29,898 nt of DNA, taken from Candidatus Micrarchaeota archaeon. GTDB taxonomy: Archaea; Iainarchaeota; Iainarchaeia; Iainarchaeales; JAGVWC01. This document shows positions 1 to 8,279 of this stretch, in pieces (position 1 is the stretch's first letter; each line of letters starts with the position of its first letter). The notes under the pieces are model-generated. The model was not told the origin of the DNA. It ran no database searches and worked only from the letters and a program-made list of their open reading frames with translations. The translations under genes and the position numbers were made by a program. Location: contig JAZDJR010000024.1 in assembly GCA_043803815.1 (NCBI GenBank), positions 1 to 29,898 of the forward strand. The letters run 5' to 3'.

Positions 1-51
1 GGTCTTGAGTCTAGCGACTAGTTTTTCAACAATATCTTCCGAGTACTTCAT
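1..51 (-). CDS. 5' end of an ORF running off the window (MKYSEDIVEKLVARLKT...), possibly a transposase
   Basis: ATG at 51 (minus) with GGAGGT 7 nt upstream; open to the window edge; RBS and start lie in an inverted repeat (51-94), as at the two transposase genes in this window. The product is inferred from that layout only. Confidence 0.45.
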   Translation of the reverse strand, partial: MKYSEDIVEKLVARLKT

Positions 52-149
52 GTGGGAAACCTCCATTTTTGAGCTAAAAAACGGAGGTCCCACACCCTTA
101 AAATGCGTTTAAGGTGGGGACATATGCGTTGTCACTAAACAACTAGGTT

Positions 150-255
150 CTAACCAAGCGCCTGCAAAACTTCTTTGGCGGGTGCGGCGTTGCTTTGGGC
201 CGGATTTTGGAAATGGTTCCTTTTTCGCCGATTAAAAAAGCGGTGAAAGATTCCC
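150..255 (-). pseudogene. Degraded C-terminal remnant of a BCP/PrxQ-type peroxiredoxin
   Basis: Minus strand reads TAFLIGEKGTISKIRPKATPH, then a frameshift to AKEVLQALG*. This resembles the BCP C-terminus (TFLID..G.I.K.W.KV...HA.EVL.AL). No start or N-terminal part. Confidence 0.5.
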
Positions 256-306
256 GCGGCAATCGGCCAAAGCGCCTTAAAAAGAACTCTTTTCTAATTG
301 AACTAT

Positions 307-882
307 ATGCCGTACATGATTATCGATGTTGAAACCGTTCCCGGAAACCAAGGGGAATACGAGTCTTTGGAGTCCGACGAACAGCGCAAAAAACTGCTGA
401 ATCCGATTGACTCCCGAATTGTCGCAATCGGCCTAAAGCAAGGGCTTAAAACCACGGTTTTGTTCAAGGCGCCTGAAAAAGAATTATTGGAATCGTTTTG
501 GAATGAAATCCGCCTTTTCAAAAAACAATTCCCAAGCGGCCAGCTCGTGGGCTTTAACATCAAAAATTTTGACCTGCCGTTTTTGGTTACCCGAAGCTTT
601 GTAAACGACGTTGAAATCCAGCCGTTTTTGCTCAAAAGCGTCGTTGATTTGCGCGAAAAGCTATCCGCATTCAAATTCGGACATGTCCGCGGAACACTCA
701 AGGAATTCGGCCGGTTTTTGGGAATCAAGCTTTCGGACATGGACGGCTCCATGGTCGCACAAAAATACTGGAACAAAGAACTGGACGAAATCAAAAACTA
801 TTTGGAAAAAGACCTTGACATCACCGACGCGGTTTACCAGCGATGCAAAAAAACCCGCATCATCGAAATCGAGCGATGGTAA
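307..882 (+). CDS. RNase H-like DEDD 3'-5' exonuclease domain protein (YprB/PolB-exo-like, stand-alone)
   Basis: ExoI IIDVET, ExoII VGFNIKNFDLPFL, ExoIII YLEKD. ATG 307 lies ~25 nt after TATA-like CTTAAAAA (276-283), so it is preferred to TTG 298. Confidence 0.85.
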   Translation: MPYMIIDVETVPGNQGEYESLESDEQRKKLLNPIDSRIVAIGLKQGLKTTVLFKAPEKELLESFWNEIRLFKKQFPSGQLVGFNIKNFDLPFLVTRSFVNDVEIQPFLLKSVVDLREKLSAFKFGHVRGTLKEFGRFLGIKLSDMDGSMVAQKYWNKELDEIKNYLEKDLDITDAVYQRCKKTRIIEIERW

Positions 883-945
883 ACCAAAGCCTGAAACCTT
901 TGGAATTGCATACTTTTAAATAAAGTTTAATTATATTTGTGATAT

Positions 946-1488
946 ATGAAAGGAATTCTTACTATTTTGTTGCTGGTCGGATTATTGCTTGCCATTGGAT
1001 GTACGCAAGCAAATCAAGGAACGGTGAATCCGCTTGCAAACAACGCTTTGCCCGAAGGCCAAATTCTGCTAAAAGCCGGTTTTTCCGGAGCTGGAGCGCT
1101 GGATATGCGCTGTCTGGATGAAAACTACAAGCAAGACAATTCGGATTATATCATTGAAGGAGTAATCAAAAAAGTTAAAACCAAATACAATGAAGCCGGT
1201 TCGATTGTCACGATTGTGGATATTTCGATTGAAAAATTTGTCAAAGGAGAGCCATTTGGCAACAAAATCCAACTGGAATCCGCTGGCGGTTGCATTGGCG
1301 ATGCTTGTCAAATAATGGAAGACAGCCCTGTTTTTGTGGAAGGAAAAAAGATTCGCTCCTATTTGACAAAAGTTGATAATTCCTATTATCCCGTTTGCCA
1401 ATTGTGGGGTGTCCAGTATCTGGAAGATTTTTGCGTCGAAACCGGCCCCAGTGCGGGCTGGTGCAATCGCGTTTCCGAAACCCCCTAA
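946..1488 (+). CDS. Secreted lipoprotein, hypothetical
   Basis: MK + hydrophobic stretch + LLLAIGC lipobox-like motif; Cys-containing beta-rich domain; TTTTAAATA upstream. Confidence 0.75.
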   Translation: MKGILTILLLVGLLLAIGCTQANQGTVNPLANNALPEGQILLKAGFSGAGALDMRCLDENYKQDNSDYIIEGVIKKVKTKYNEAGSIVTIVDISIEKFVKGEPFGNKIQLESAGGCIGDACQIMEDSPVFVEGKKIRSYLTKVDNSYYPVCQLWGVQYLEDFCVETGPSAGWCNRVSETP

Positions 1489-1544
1489 GCCACAAAAAAC
1501 TATTTTTTCTAATTAGTTGGTGCACTAATTTTTTTGTTTCGAGT

Positions 1545-2180
1545 TTATTGTTCTTCTTCAAGCCCAATCGGTTTTCGGTTCGGGCGCAAGGAATCGATTT
1601 CTTTTCGGGCTTTTTTTCGCAGGCGGTTATAAATCCCGAAAATTTCCATGTACTGCTCAATCCGATGCTGGTCTTTGAGTATCTGGCGGACTTTATTTTC
1701 AAAAAGCTTGAATCTCACAGTGTAATGCGTTTGCGGTTGACTGCCGGAATTTTTCATAAATGCAGCCCAGTGTTTTTTGAGTTCCTGCCGCTCTTCCCTT
1801 GAAAGCCCGGCTTTTTGGGAAGCAAAATGAAACGCCCATTGTCCGGATTTCCTGTCCAATAGGTTCTTGAACTCGGAAGAAATCGCGATACCCGGCTTAA
1901 CTTTGTCCCGGCTCAGCCACCGCCCCATGTTTTCATAAGAATACAATTTGTTGCTCAATTTGTCTCTTGCCTCTTTGTCCAACGGCTTATCCAATTGCAC
2001 CTGAATCGCTTGAATTTCGGAATTGACCCACGCAAGCTCCCGCTTTAACGCATCCGCCAATTCCATTTGTCCCAAATGCCGGCCGGCTTTTTTCACTTGT
2101 TCGCGGCGAGGCGTCTTCCGGCGTAAGTAACCCTCTTGGGCTCCGGAAAATAAGATTTTGGCGGGACTCTTTTTTTGCAT
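1545..2180 (-). CDS. Hypothetical K/R-rich protein, predicted helical
   Basis: 211-aa ORF with ATG start filling the gap between neighbours; no recognisable motif. Confidence 0.65.
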   Translation of the reverse strand: MQKKSPAKILFSGAQEGYLRRKTPRREQVKKAGRHLGQMELADALKRELAWVNSEIQAIQVQLDKPLDKEARDKLSNKLYSYENMGRWLSRDKVKPGIAISSEFKNLLDRKSGQWAFHFASQKAGLSREERQELKKHWAAFMKNSGSQPQTHYTVRFKLFENKVRQILKDQHRIEQYMEIFGIYNRLRKKARKEIDSLRPNRKPIGLEEEQ

Positions 2181-2298
2181 ACCATAATCCGATAAGAACC
2201 AATTCGGATATGTAAAATAAACCTTCGCTTTTCAAATATATCCTGGCCAAAGAAACCATTAAATAGTTGGAAATCCACTTTGGGTTCGGAGGGATTAC

Positions 2299-2577
2299 AT
2301 GACATCTGTTATCAAGCGAAGCGGAAAACGCGAAAAATTCAGCTCCCGAAAACTCGGTCAAGCCATTGAAAAAGCCGCACGCCAAGCCAAGGTTTCAACC
2401 GACGCGCGCAAAACAATGGTTCGGGAAATCGTCAGCGGAGTTTGGAAAGGAATCAAGCGCCGAAAAGCCGTCCGGGCGAGCCATATTCGCCGCATGGTGT
2501 TTTCGCGCCTGGAAAGCCGTTCTCCCAAAACCATGACCGCCTGGCGTCGCTACGAAAAAAGCCATCGCGTTCGCTGA
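2299..2577 (+). CDS. Stand-alone ATP-cone domain protein
   Basis: N-terminal VIKRSGKREKFSSRKL matches the ATP-cone pattern V.KRDG..E.F...KI; RBS GGAGGGA; 92 aa, i.e. one domain. Confidence 0.85.
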   Translation: MTSVIKRSGKREKFSSRKLGQAIEKAARQAKVSTDARKTMVREIVSGVWKGIKRRKAVRASHIRRMVFSRLESRSPKTMTAWRRYEKSHRVR

Positions 2578-2646
2578 ACAAAAAAAAAACAAAAAACCCA
2601 AGCCTTAATCTTTAATTAGCGTTCGCTCTACATTTTACCGGTACGT

Positions 2647-3579
2647 ATGACTAAAACTGCAAATCCTGAATGGGACCTTGTTATCGTCGGCTACGGCTTA
2701 ACCGGCCTTGCGGCCGCCATGTATGCGGGACGGCTGGAACTGAAAACCGTTTTGGTCGGCGAAATTCCCGGCGGCCTGATTACCTGGACCGATTTGGTGG
2801 AAAACTATCCCGGATTCAAGCGCCTGACAGGCCAAGAACTCACGGCTAAACTCCGCGAACACGCGCAGGAATATAACGTTCCGATGGACTTGGGAAAAAT
2901 TGACTCGATTGCAAAATTGCCAAATGGATTTTTTGAACTGAAAAGCGAAAGCAAAACCTATGTTTCCAAAACGGTTCTGGTCGCCACCGGAACCAAAGTG
3001 CGCGAACTGGACGTTTCAGGCTCCAAAGAATTCAAAAACAAGGGAATCCAGTTTTGCGCGTTGTGCGACGCGCCGCTGTACAAGGGAAAAGACGTGGCTT
3101 TAATCGGCGGAAGCGACTCCGCGGCCAAAGAAGCAATAGTGCTTTCACGCTACGCCAAAAAAGTGTATGTCGTTTACCGCGGAAAACAATTGCGCGCCGA
3201 ACCGCCCAACATGGAGCGCCTGAAAAAAATTTCAAACATCGAATACGTGCTCGAAACCAATGTTGCCGCGTTTAAGGGAACAAAATTCCTGGAAAAAATC
3301 GAATTGGACAAGGCCCATAACGGAAAAAAAGAATTAAGCGTAAGCGCGGCTTTCGTGTCGATTGGCCACCTGCCATTGTCGGAACTGGCAAAGCCGCTCG
3401 GAGTCAAAACCAATTCCGCGGGCGAAATAATCGTCAACCGCAACTCGGAAACCAATATCCCCGGAATCTTTGCCGCGGGAGACGTCGTGGACACGCGCTT
3501 TAAGCAGGCCATTGTGGGAGTCGGAGAAGCGGTTTCGGCGGTTTACTCGGCTTTGCAATTCATTACCGGAAAAAACTGA
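2647..3579 (+). CDS. trxB: Thioredoxin-disulfide reductase
   Basis: FAD-binding IVGYGLTGLAAA, VENYPGF, redox CALCD, NADPH-binding GGSDSA, C-terminal TNIPGIFAAGDV. Confidence 0.92.
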   Translation: MTKTANPEWDLVIVGYGLTGLAAAMYAGRLELKTVLVGEIPGGLITWTDLVENYPGFKRLTGQELTAKLREHAQEYNVPMDLGKIDSIAKLPNGFFELKSESKTYVSKTVLVATGTKVRELDVSGSKEFKNKGIQFCALCDAPLYKGKDVALIGGSDSAAKEAIVLSRYAKKVYVVYRGKQLRAEPPNMERLKKISNIEYVLETNVAAFKGTKFLEKIELDKAHNGKKELSVSAAFVSIGHLPLSELAKPLGVKTNSAGEIIVNRNSETNIPGIFAAGDVVDTRFKQAIVGVGEAVSAVYSALQFITGKN

Positions 3580-3702
3580 TTCAAAAAAAAGAATCCGGCT
3601 GAAAAAACGATTTCGAATTTTTTTACCATTTTTCGTGGCCGTTAATCGGAACGGATATATCTTTGAGACGCATTCCCGTCATATACACTTTTACTTCCTT
3701 GA

Positions 3703-3840
3703 TTATGCTAAAAAAAACGCCAGGGTTGTTATTAAAGCCAGCACGAGGCAAACTAACTGGATTTGCTCCGCTTTTTTAATGTCTTTTAACCGGTCGCTTA
3801 AACCGAGTACAGGACCGATGCGGGAATCAAACGAATCCAT
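3703..3840 (-). CDS. Small 45-aa membrane peptide missing from the ORF track (MDSFDSRIG...LVCLVLALITTLAFFLA)
   Basis: Strong RBS GAGGTGA overlapping the stop of the upstream gene, ATG at 3840, hydrophobic C-terminal helix. Confidence 0.55.
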   Translation of the reverse strand: MDSFDSRIGPVLGLSDRLKDIKKAEQIQLVCLVLALITTLAFFLA

Positions 3841-3844
3841 GGTT

Positions 3845-4090
3845 TCACCTCAAATCGAATTTTTTTTCCTTGGCGGTCAAAACGCAAAAACCCAATGCCG
3901 CCTGAACGATTCCCAAAAAGCCGCCGTACAACGGAAAAAAAAGCAATAGGCAAAGCCAGTTCGAATAATTGTTTTGCTTTAGCCAAAAAAACGCCAAAAA
4001 AGAAAAACCCAAAAGCAAAAACCCGACTAAAAAACGGGACAACCGGTTGGCGGTTCCGATATTGCACGTTCCGGAAACATATTTTGCCAT
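3845..4090 (-). CDS. DUF2892/YgaP-like small membrane protein
   Basis: CNIGTANRLSR start, two hydrophobic helices and a late GFC motif; begins 1 nt after the methyltransferase stop. Confidence 0.65.
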   Translation of the reverse strand: MAKYVSGTCNIGTANRLSRFLVGFLLLGFSFLAFFWLKQNNYSNWLCLLLFFPLYGGFLGIVQAALGFCVLTAKEKKFDLR

Positions 4091-4091
4091 T

Positions 4092-4736
4092 TTAATCCTC
4101 TTTTTTCACCAGTTTAACGAAAATTCCCGTAATAATGGTTTGCTTGGGGTCGACCGGGGAGGCAATGCTTGCCATTTTGGCTTTTACCTTGCAATCCATC
4201 CAGTAATTCTTGCCGCCGATTTTCACCAAAAACTCCTCGTCTTTTTTGGTAATCGAGCCGCTGAACGAGCTCTTTTTTGACGTGACATCGTGCAATCGAA
4301 CGGACAATAACGCGATTCCAAGCGGGGATAAAGATTGTGCAATGCGGGTCAAAACCGTTTCAAGCTCCCCGATTTCGTGCAAAGCGCGAAACGAAATGAC
4401 CAAATCGAGGTTTGGCGGAATAACCAGCTCTTGCGCGTTGCCGATTAATTTTTCGTCGACTTTGTTTGTCGCCAAGTCAAAATCAATCAGGTCCATTCCA
4501 ATAACAAAAATTTTTTCTCCGAACTCTTTTTTCAGCTCTTTTAATGCGCCGGCATTTCCGCAGCCCACATCCAAAACCCGAACGGTCTTGGCGTGCAGCA
4601 ATTGGTGGCTGATGAATTCTTCCAGAGAATGGCTTTCGCCGGAATTCGCCAAAAAACGGTTATAATCCCGCAAGGAATTCGACTTGTCGGCAACTCCAAG
4701 GGCATATTTTTGCCGGTAATACTCGACTTCAGGCAT
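4092..4736 (-). CDS. Class I SAM-dependent methyltransferase
   Basis: Motif I VLDVGCGNAG, post-I IGMDL, motif II DLVIS..ALH, motif III LSPLG. Confidence 0.88.
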   Translation of the reverse strand: MPEVEYYRQKYALGVADKSNSLRDYNRFLANSGESHSLEEFISHQLLHAKTVRVLDVGCGNAGALKELKKEFGEKIFVIGMDLIDFDLATNKVDEKLIGNAQELVIPPNLDLVISFRALHEIGELETVLTRIAQSLSPLGIALLSVRLHDVTSKKSSFSGSITKKDEEFLVKIGGKNYWMDCKVKAKMASIASPVDPKQTIITGIFVKLVKKED

Positions 4737-4777
4737 AATTCCAACATGCCATGGAACGTAATAAAAAACGGGTTATT

Positions 4778-5542
4778 TTACTCCAAAAAGCGAAGGCCGA
4801 CCATGACCAAGATTCCAAGAACCAAAAACAAGAACTGAAGAATGGTTTTGCCGATTGCCGTTTCCTTTTGGAGTTCGGGAACCAAATCCGCTCCGGCGAT
4901 ATAAATAAAGCCGCCCGCGGTAAACGGAACCAAAAACAGGTTCAGGTTTCCAAAAAAACCCAAAGAGTCATGCGCAAAAAAAATTACTCCGGCTCCAACC
5001 ATTGCAATCAAAGCGGATAAAAAATTGAAAAACAGGGCTTTTTTGACGCTAAAGCCCGCATGCAGCAACACGCCAAAATCCGAGATTTCCTGCGGAATCT
5101 CGTGCAAAATAACGGCAAGCGTGGTGGTAACTCCCAGAGGAATCGAAACCAAAAAGCTTCCGGCAATCACGACGCCGTCCACAAAATTGTGCAAGCCGTC
5201 GCCGATCAGGTTGTTTATTCCGAAAACCTTGATTTTCGCGGTATGCTCGCATTTGTCCAGCGTATGGTGGTGATGCCAATGAACGATTTTTTCAAGGACA
5301 AAAAAAACCAGTATTCCGGCCAAAACGCTGATAGGCGCAAGCAGTGCGGAATCTTCGCTTTGAAAAGCCTGCGGAAGCAAATGCAAAAACGAGTCGCCGA
5401 ACAAAGCCCCAGCGGAAAAGCTGACCAGATAGAGCAAAATCTTTCGGACGCGATGTTCGCCAAACGACAAGGTAAAAACGCCGATAAACGAAATCAGGCT
5501 TACGACCAAAACGCTTCCAAACACCCAAAAAAACAAATCCAT
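4778..5542 (-). CDS. ZIP family zinc/metal transporter
   Basis: His-rich loop HWHHHH, TM4 GDGLHNFVDG, TM5 HEIPQE, eight hydrophobic segments. Confidence 0.95.
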   Translation of the reverse strand: MDLFFWVFGSVLVVSLISFIGVFTLSFGEHRVRKILLYLVSFSAGALFGDSFLHLLPQAFQSEDSALLAPISVLAGILVFFVLEKIVHWHHHHTLDKCEHTAKIKVFGINNLIGDGLHNFVDGVVIAGSFLVSIPLGVTTTLAVILHEIPQEISDFGVLLHAGFSVKKALFFNFLSALIAMVGAGVIFFAHDSLGFFGNLNLFLVPFTAGGFIYIAGADLVPELQKETAIGKTILQFLFLVLGILVMVGLRFLE

Positions 5543-5630
5543 TCCTTTTCACCAATGCCTAAAATTATCCGCTGTTACTAATATAAACCAAACAAAAAAT
5601 CGCCAAAAACCCGTTCCTTATAACTCTTAA

Positions 5631-6743
5631 CTACCCGAAATCCGTCAATTTAGGCTGCTTAACGGAGTTTTCAGGAGTTTTGTCTCGGACCAGTTTTTCC
5701 ACCTTCACTCCCGCTCTGCGCAGGACAATCCCCGGATGCAGTTCAAAAAACTGCTTGATTAATTCCCGCGAAACCGACTGGATTGTTTGCACATCAAAAG
5801 CGGCTTCGGATAAAGATTTTATTTTGGTAAAACTTTCCAGTTGCTTTGAAACGCAGATAATCGAAACCGCCTTGAATGGAGCATTTTCCTTTTGCACGCG
5901 CACAAACAAATCCACTGCCAAAGAATCCATAAAATCCGCTATCTCTTCCCAATCCGAGGAATCTTTCGGCAGGGTTTTGATGCGCGACAACTGCAGCTTC
6001 TGCCAATCCGATTCAATGGGAGAATCGTCGATTCCGCGCGAAGAATTATACAGCAATTCGCCTTTCGCGTTTCCAAAAGTTTCCTTCAATTGCTGCAAGG
6101 GAAGACGGGATAATTCCTCGATGGTTCGGATTCCCAATTGTTCGAGTTTTTCTTCGGTTTTGATTCCAACCCCCAACAATTTTTTTGGCGGCAGGGGATT
6201 CAAAAAATCGCGAACTTGCTCCGGCAAAATAATGGTCAAACCATCCGGCTTCTTCGAATCCGCCGCAATCTTGGCAATCAGTTTGTTCGATGCAAGGCCA
6301 ATGGAACACATCAAGCGCTGTTCCTGCAGAACCATTTGCTTGATTTCCAACGCAATTTTTTTGGCTTTTTCAAAATCGCCCTTGCTTTTTTCCGTCAAAT
6401 CAAAATACGCCTCGTCCAAACCCACTGTTTCAATGGAACCCGAAAACGAATGGAGGATTTCCATGATTTGCCCTGAAATCTCGCGGTAGTATTCAATCCG
6501 AACCGGAACAAAAACCGTTTCGGGATGTTTTTCCGCTGCTTTTTTGGCCCACGCGAGGGGCATTCCGCTGTGGATGCCGAGTTTTCGCGCCTCATAATTG
6601 CAGGTCGCGACTGCCCCCGATTCTGCGGTGCGGCCCGAATACATCCCCACAACCACGGGTTTTCCCTTTAATTCGGGCTTTTCGCGCTCCTCAACCTGCG
6701 CGTAAAAATAGTCCATGTCGAGCAAGCCAACGATTCGCTGCAT
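5631..6743 (-). CDS. dinB: DNA polymerase IV (Y-family, DinB/Dpo4)
   Basis: DMDYFYAQVE, TCNYEAR, GLDEAY, KPDG motifs, HhH GVG; C-terminal PIP-like QPKLTDF. Start placed at MQRIV (6743). Confidence 0.95.
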   Translation of the reverse strand: MQRIVGLLDMDYFYAQVEEREKPELKGKPVVVGMYSGRTAESGAVATCNYEARKLGIHSGMPLAWAKKAAEKHPETVFVPVRIEYYREISGQIMEILHSFSGSIETVGLDEAYFDLTEKSKGDFEKAKKIALEIKQMVLQEQRLMCSIGLASNKLIAKIAADSKKPDGLTIILPEQVRDFLNPLPPKKLLGVGIKTEEKLEQLGIRTIEELSRLPLQQLKETFGNAKGELLYNSSRGIDDSPIESDWQKLQLSRIKTLPKDSSDWEEIADFMDSLAVDLFVRVQKENAPFKAVSIICVSKQLESFTKIKSLSEAAFDVQTIQSVSRELIKQFFELHPGIVLRRAGVKVEKLVRDKTPENSVKQPKLTDFG

Positions 6744-6810
6744 AAAACAAATGAGTTTGAAAGGGGTTATAATTGGTTTTTGGGGCGGCATTTCCGCTCA
6801 AACATCGATT

Positions 6811-7302
6811 TTATTTCAGGCATTTTAACAATTCTTTTTTTTCGAGGGTGCGTTCGCAGTAATAGCAGGTTCCCGAAAGCGCATCTTCGGAAATCGAAAA
6901 GCAGGTCGGGATTTTTTCCGCGTTGGTAATGCAGGAAGGATTCGGGCATTTGATAATGTCGTGGCAGGTCTCCGGCAGGGAAATAACCTGTTTTTTGGCC
7001 ACAATCTTGTTCACAATCGTGTTCCAGGTTGCGCCGCTTGCCAGCAAACCGATTTTTTCCAAATCGCTTCCAGCCAATTCCATGTTTTCAATGAACAGCA
7101 AATCTTTTCTTCCGCGCTTGGAACTCTCGGTATTAATCGCAACTGTCACAGCGCCGCTGGTAGGGTCAAGCCCGAGTAACTGGATGATTTTGAGCGCGCT
7201 TCCCACGGGCAAATGGTCCAAAACCGTTCCGTTGTCAATGGGAGTCAGGCGCGGCTTGATTTCACTCGTGCGCGGCCCGGTTTCCGATTGGGGCTCGTTC
7301 AC
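6811..7302 (-). CDS. pyrI: Aspartate carbamoyltransferase regulatory chain
   Basis: IDNGTVLDHLP, KDLLFIE, Zn ligands CPNPSCIT and CYYCE; 4-nt overlap with pyrB. Confidence 0.95.
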   Translation of the reverse strand: MNEPQSETGPRTSEIKPRLTPIDNGTVLDHLPVGSALKIIQLLGLDPTSGAVTVAINTESSKRGRKDLLFIENMELAGSDLEKIGLLASGATWNTIVNKIVAKKQVISLPETCHDIIKCPNPSCITNAEKIPTCFSISEDALSGTCYYCERTLEKKELLKCLK

Positions 7303-8219
7303 TTTTTCACATCCTTAAGCAGGTACAGCAGTGCTTCGCGCACGGGAATGCCATTTTTGGCCTGCTCAAAGTACCAGGCATTCGGCAAAGAGTCGCACTC
7401 GGTTGAAATTTCGTTGACGCGCGGCAATGGATGCATAATCCCAATCGCCCGATTTTGTTCCAGCAATTTTGGGGTAATTTGGTAAACACCCTGCACCTTT
7501 TCATATTCATACTGGTCCGCGAAGCGCTCTTTTTGGATGCGCGTCACATACAGCACATCGGCTTGGGGAATTATTTCCTCGATTTTTTCGTTCTGGTGAA
7601 AACGGGCTTTTCCCATTAATTGGCGCAGGATTTCTTCAGGCATCTGAAGCGATGAAGGCGCAACCAAAAACAATTCGTTGTTTTCAAATTTGGACAACGC
7701 CAAGGCCAAAGAGTGAACCGTTCTGCCGTATTTCAAGTCCCCCACCATTGCGATTTTCAAATTGTCCAGCCTTCCCAGTTTTTTCCGGATTGTAAAAAGG
7801 TCGAGCAAAGTCTGCGTGGGATGCTGGTTCGCGCCATCACCCGCGTTGATTACCGGCAAACTAGAAATTTCGGCTGCGCGCCGGCTGGCTCCTTCCAAAA
7901 AATGGCGCATCACAATGAACTGTGCATAGCTTGAAACCATGCGAATCGTGTCGCTCAAGGTCTCGCCTTTGGCAAAACTCGTGTTTTTGGGTTCCGCAAA
8001 ACCAATGATTCTTGCTCCCAGGTTTTGCGCGGCGGTTTCAAAACTCAGGCGCGTGCGCGTGGATGGCTCGAAGAACAGGCTTGCCACAATTTTGTTTTGC
8101 AGGAATTTTTTCTTTTCCGAAACCGCAAGGGATTCCATTTCAAAAGCGGTTTTTAAAACGGTTTCAATGGCTTCACGCGAAAAATCGTTGATGCTTACAA
8201 TGTCCGTCAATCCAAACAA
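7299..8219 (-). CDS. pyrB: Aspartate carbamoyltransferase catalytic chain
   Basis: FFEPSTRTR, HPTQTLLD, GDLKYGRTVHSL, TRIQKER, HPLPR. TTG start at 8219 chosen because GAGGGT precedes it (ORF track gives 8231). Confidence 0.96.
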   Translation of the reverse strand: MFGLTDIVSINDFSREAIETVLKTAFEMESLAVSEKKKFLQNKIVASLFFEPSTRTRLSFETAAQNLGARIIGFAEPKNTSFAKGETLSDTIRMVSSYAQFIVMRHFLEGASRRAAEISSLPVINAGDGANQHPTQTLLDLFTIRKKLGRLDNLKIAMVGDLKYGRTVHSLALALSKFENNELFLVAPSSLQMPEEILRQLMGKARFHQNEKIEEIIPQADVLYVTRIQKERFADQYEYEKVQGVYQITPKLLEQNRAIGIMHPLPRVNEISTECDSLPNAWYFEQAKNGIPVREALLYLLKDVKK

Positions 8220-8279
8220 TTGAACCCTCAAAATGCAGGAGAGACGTTTTTTTATTCCTTTTGCTGGCTAAAACGATTG

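Noticed and set aside
158-277. Multi-stem structure on the plus strand suggesting an ncRNA or riboswitch
   Set aside because: Stems rely on many G-U pairs, lie upstream of the exonuclease TATA box, and the region is better explained as a bcp remnant on the minus strand.
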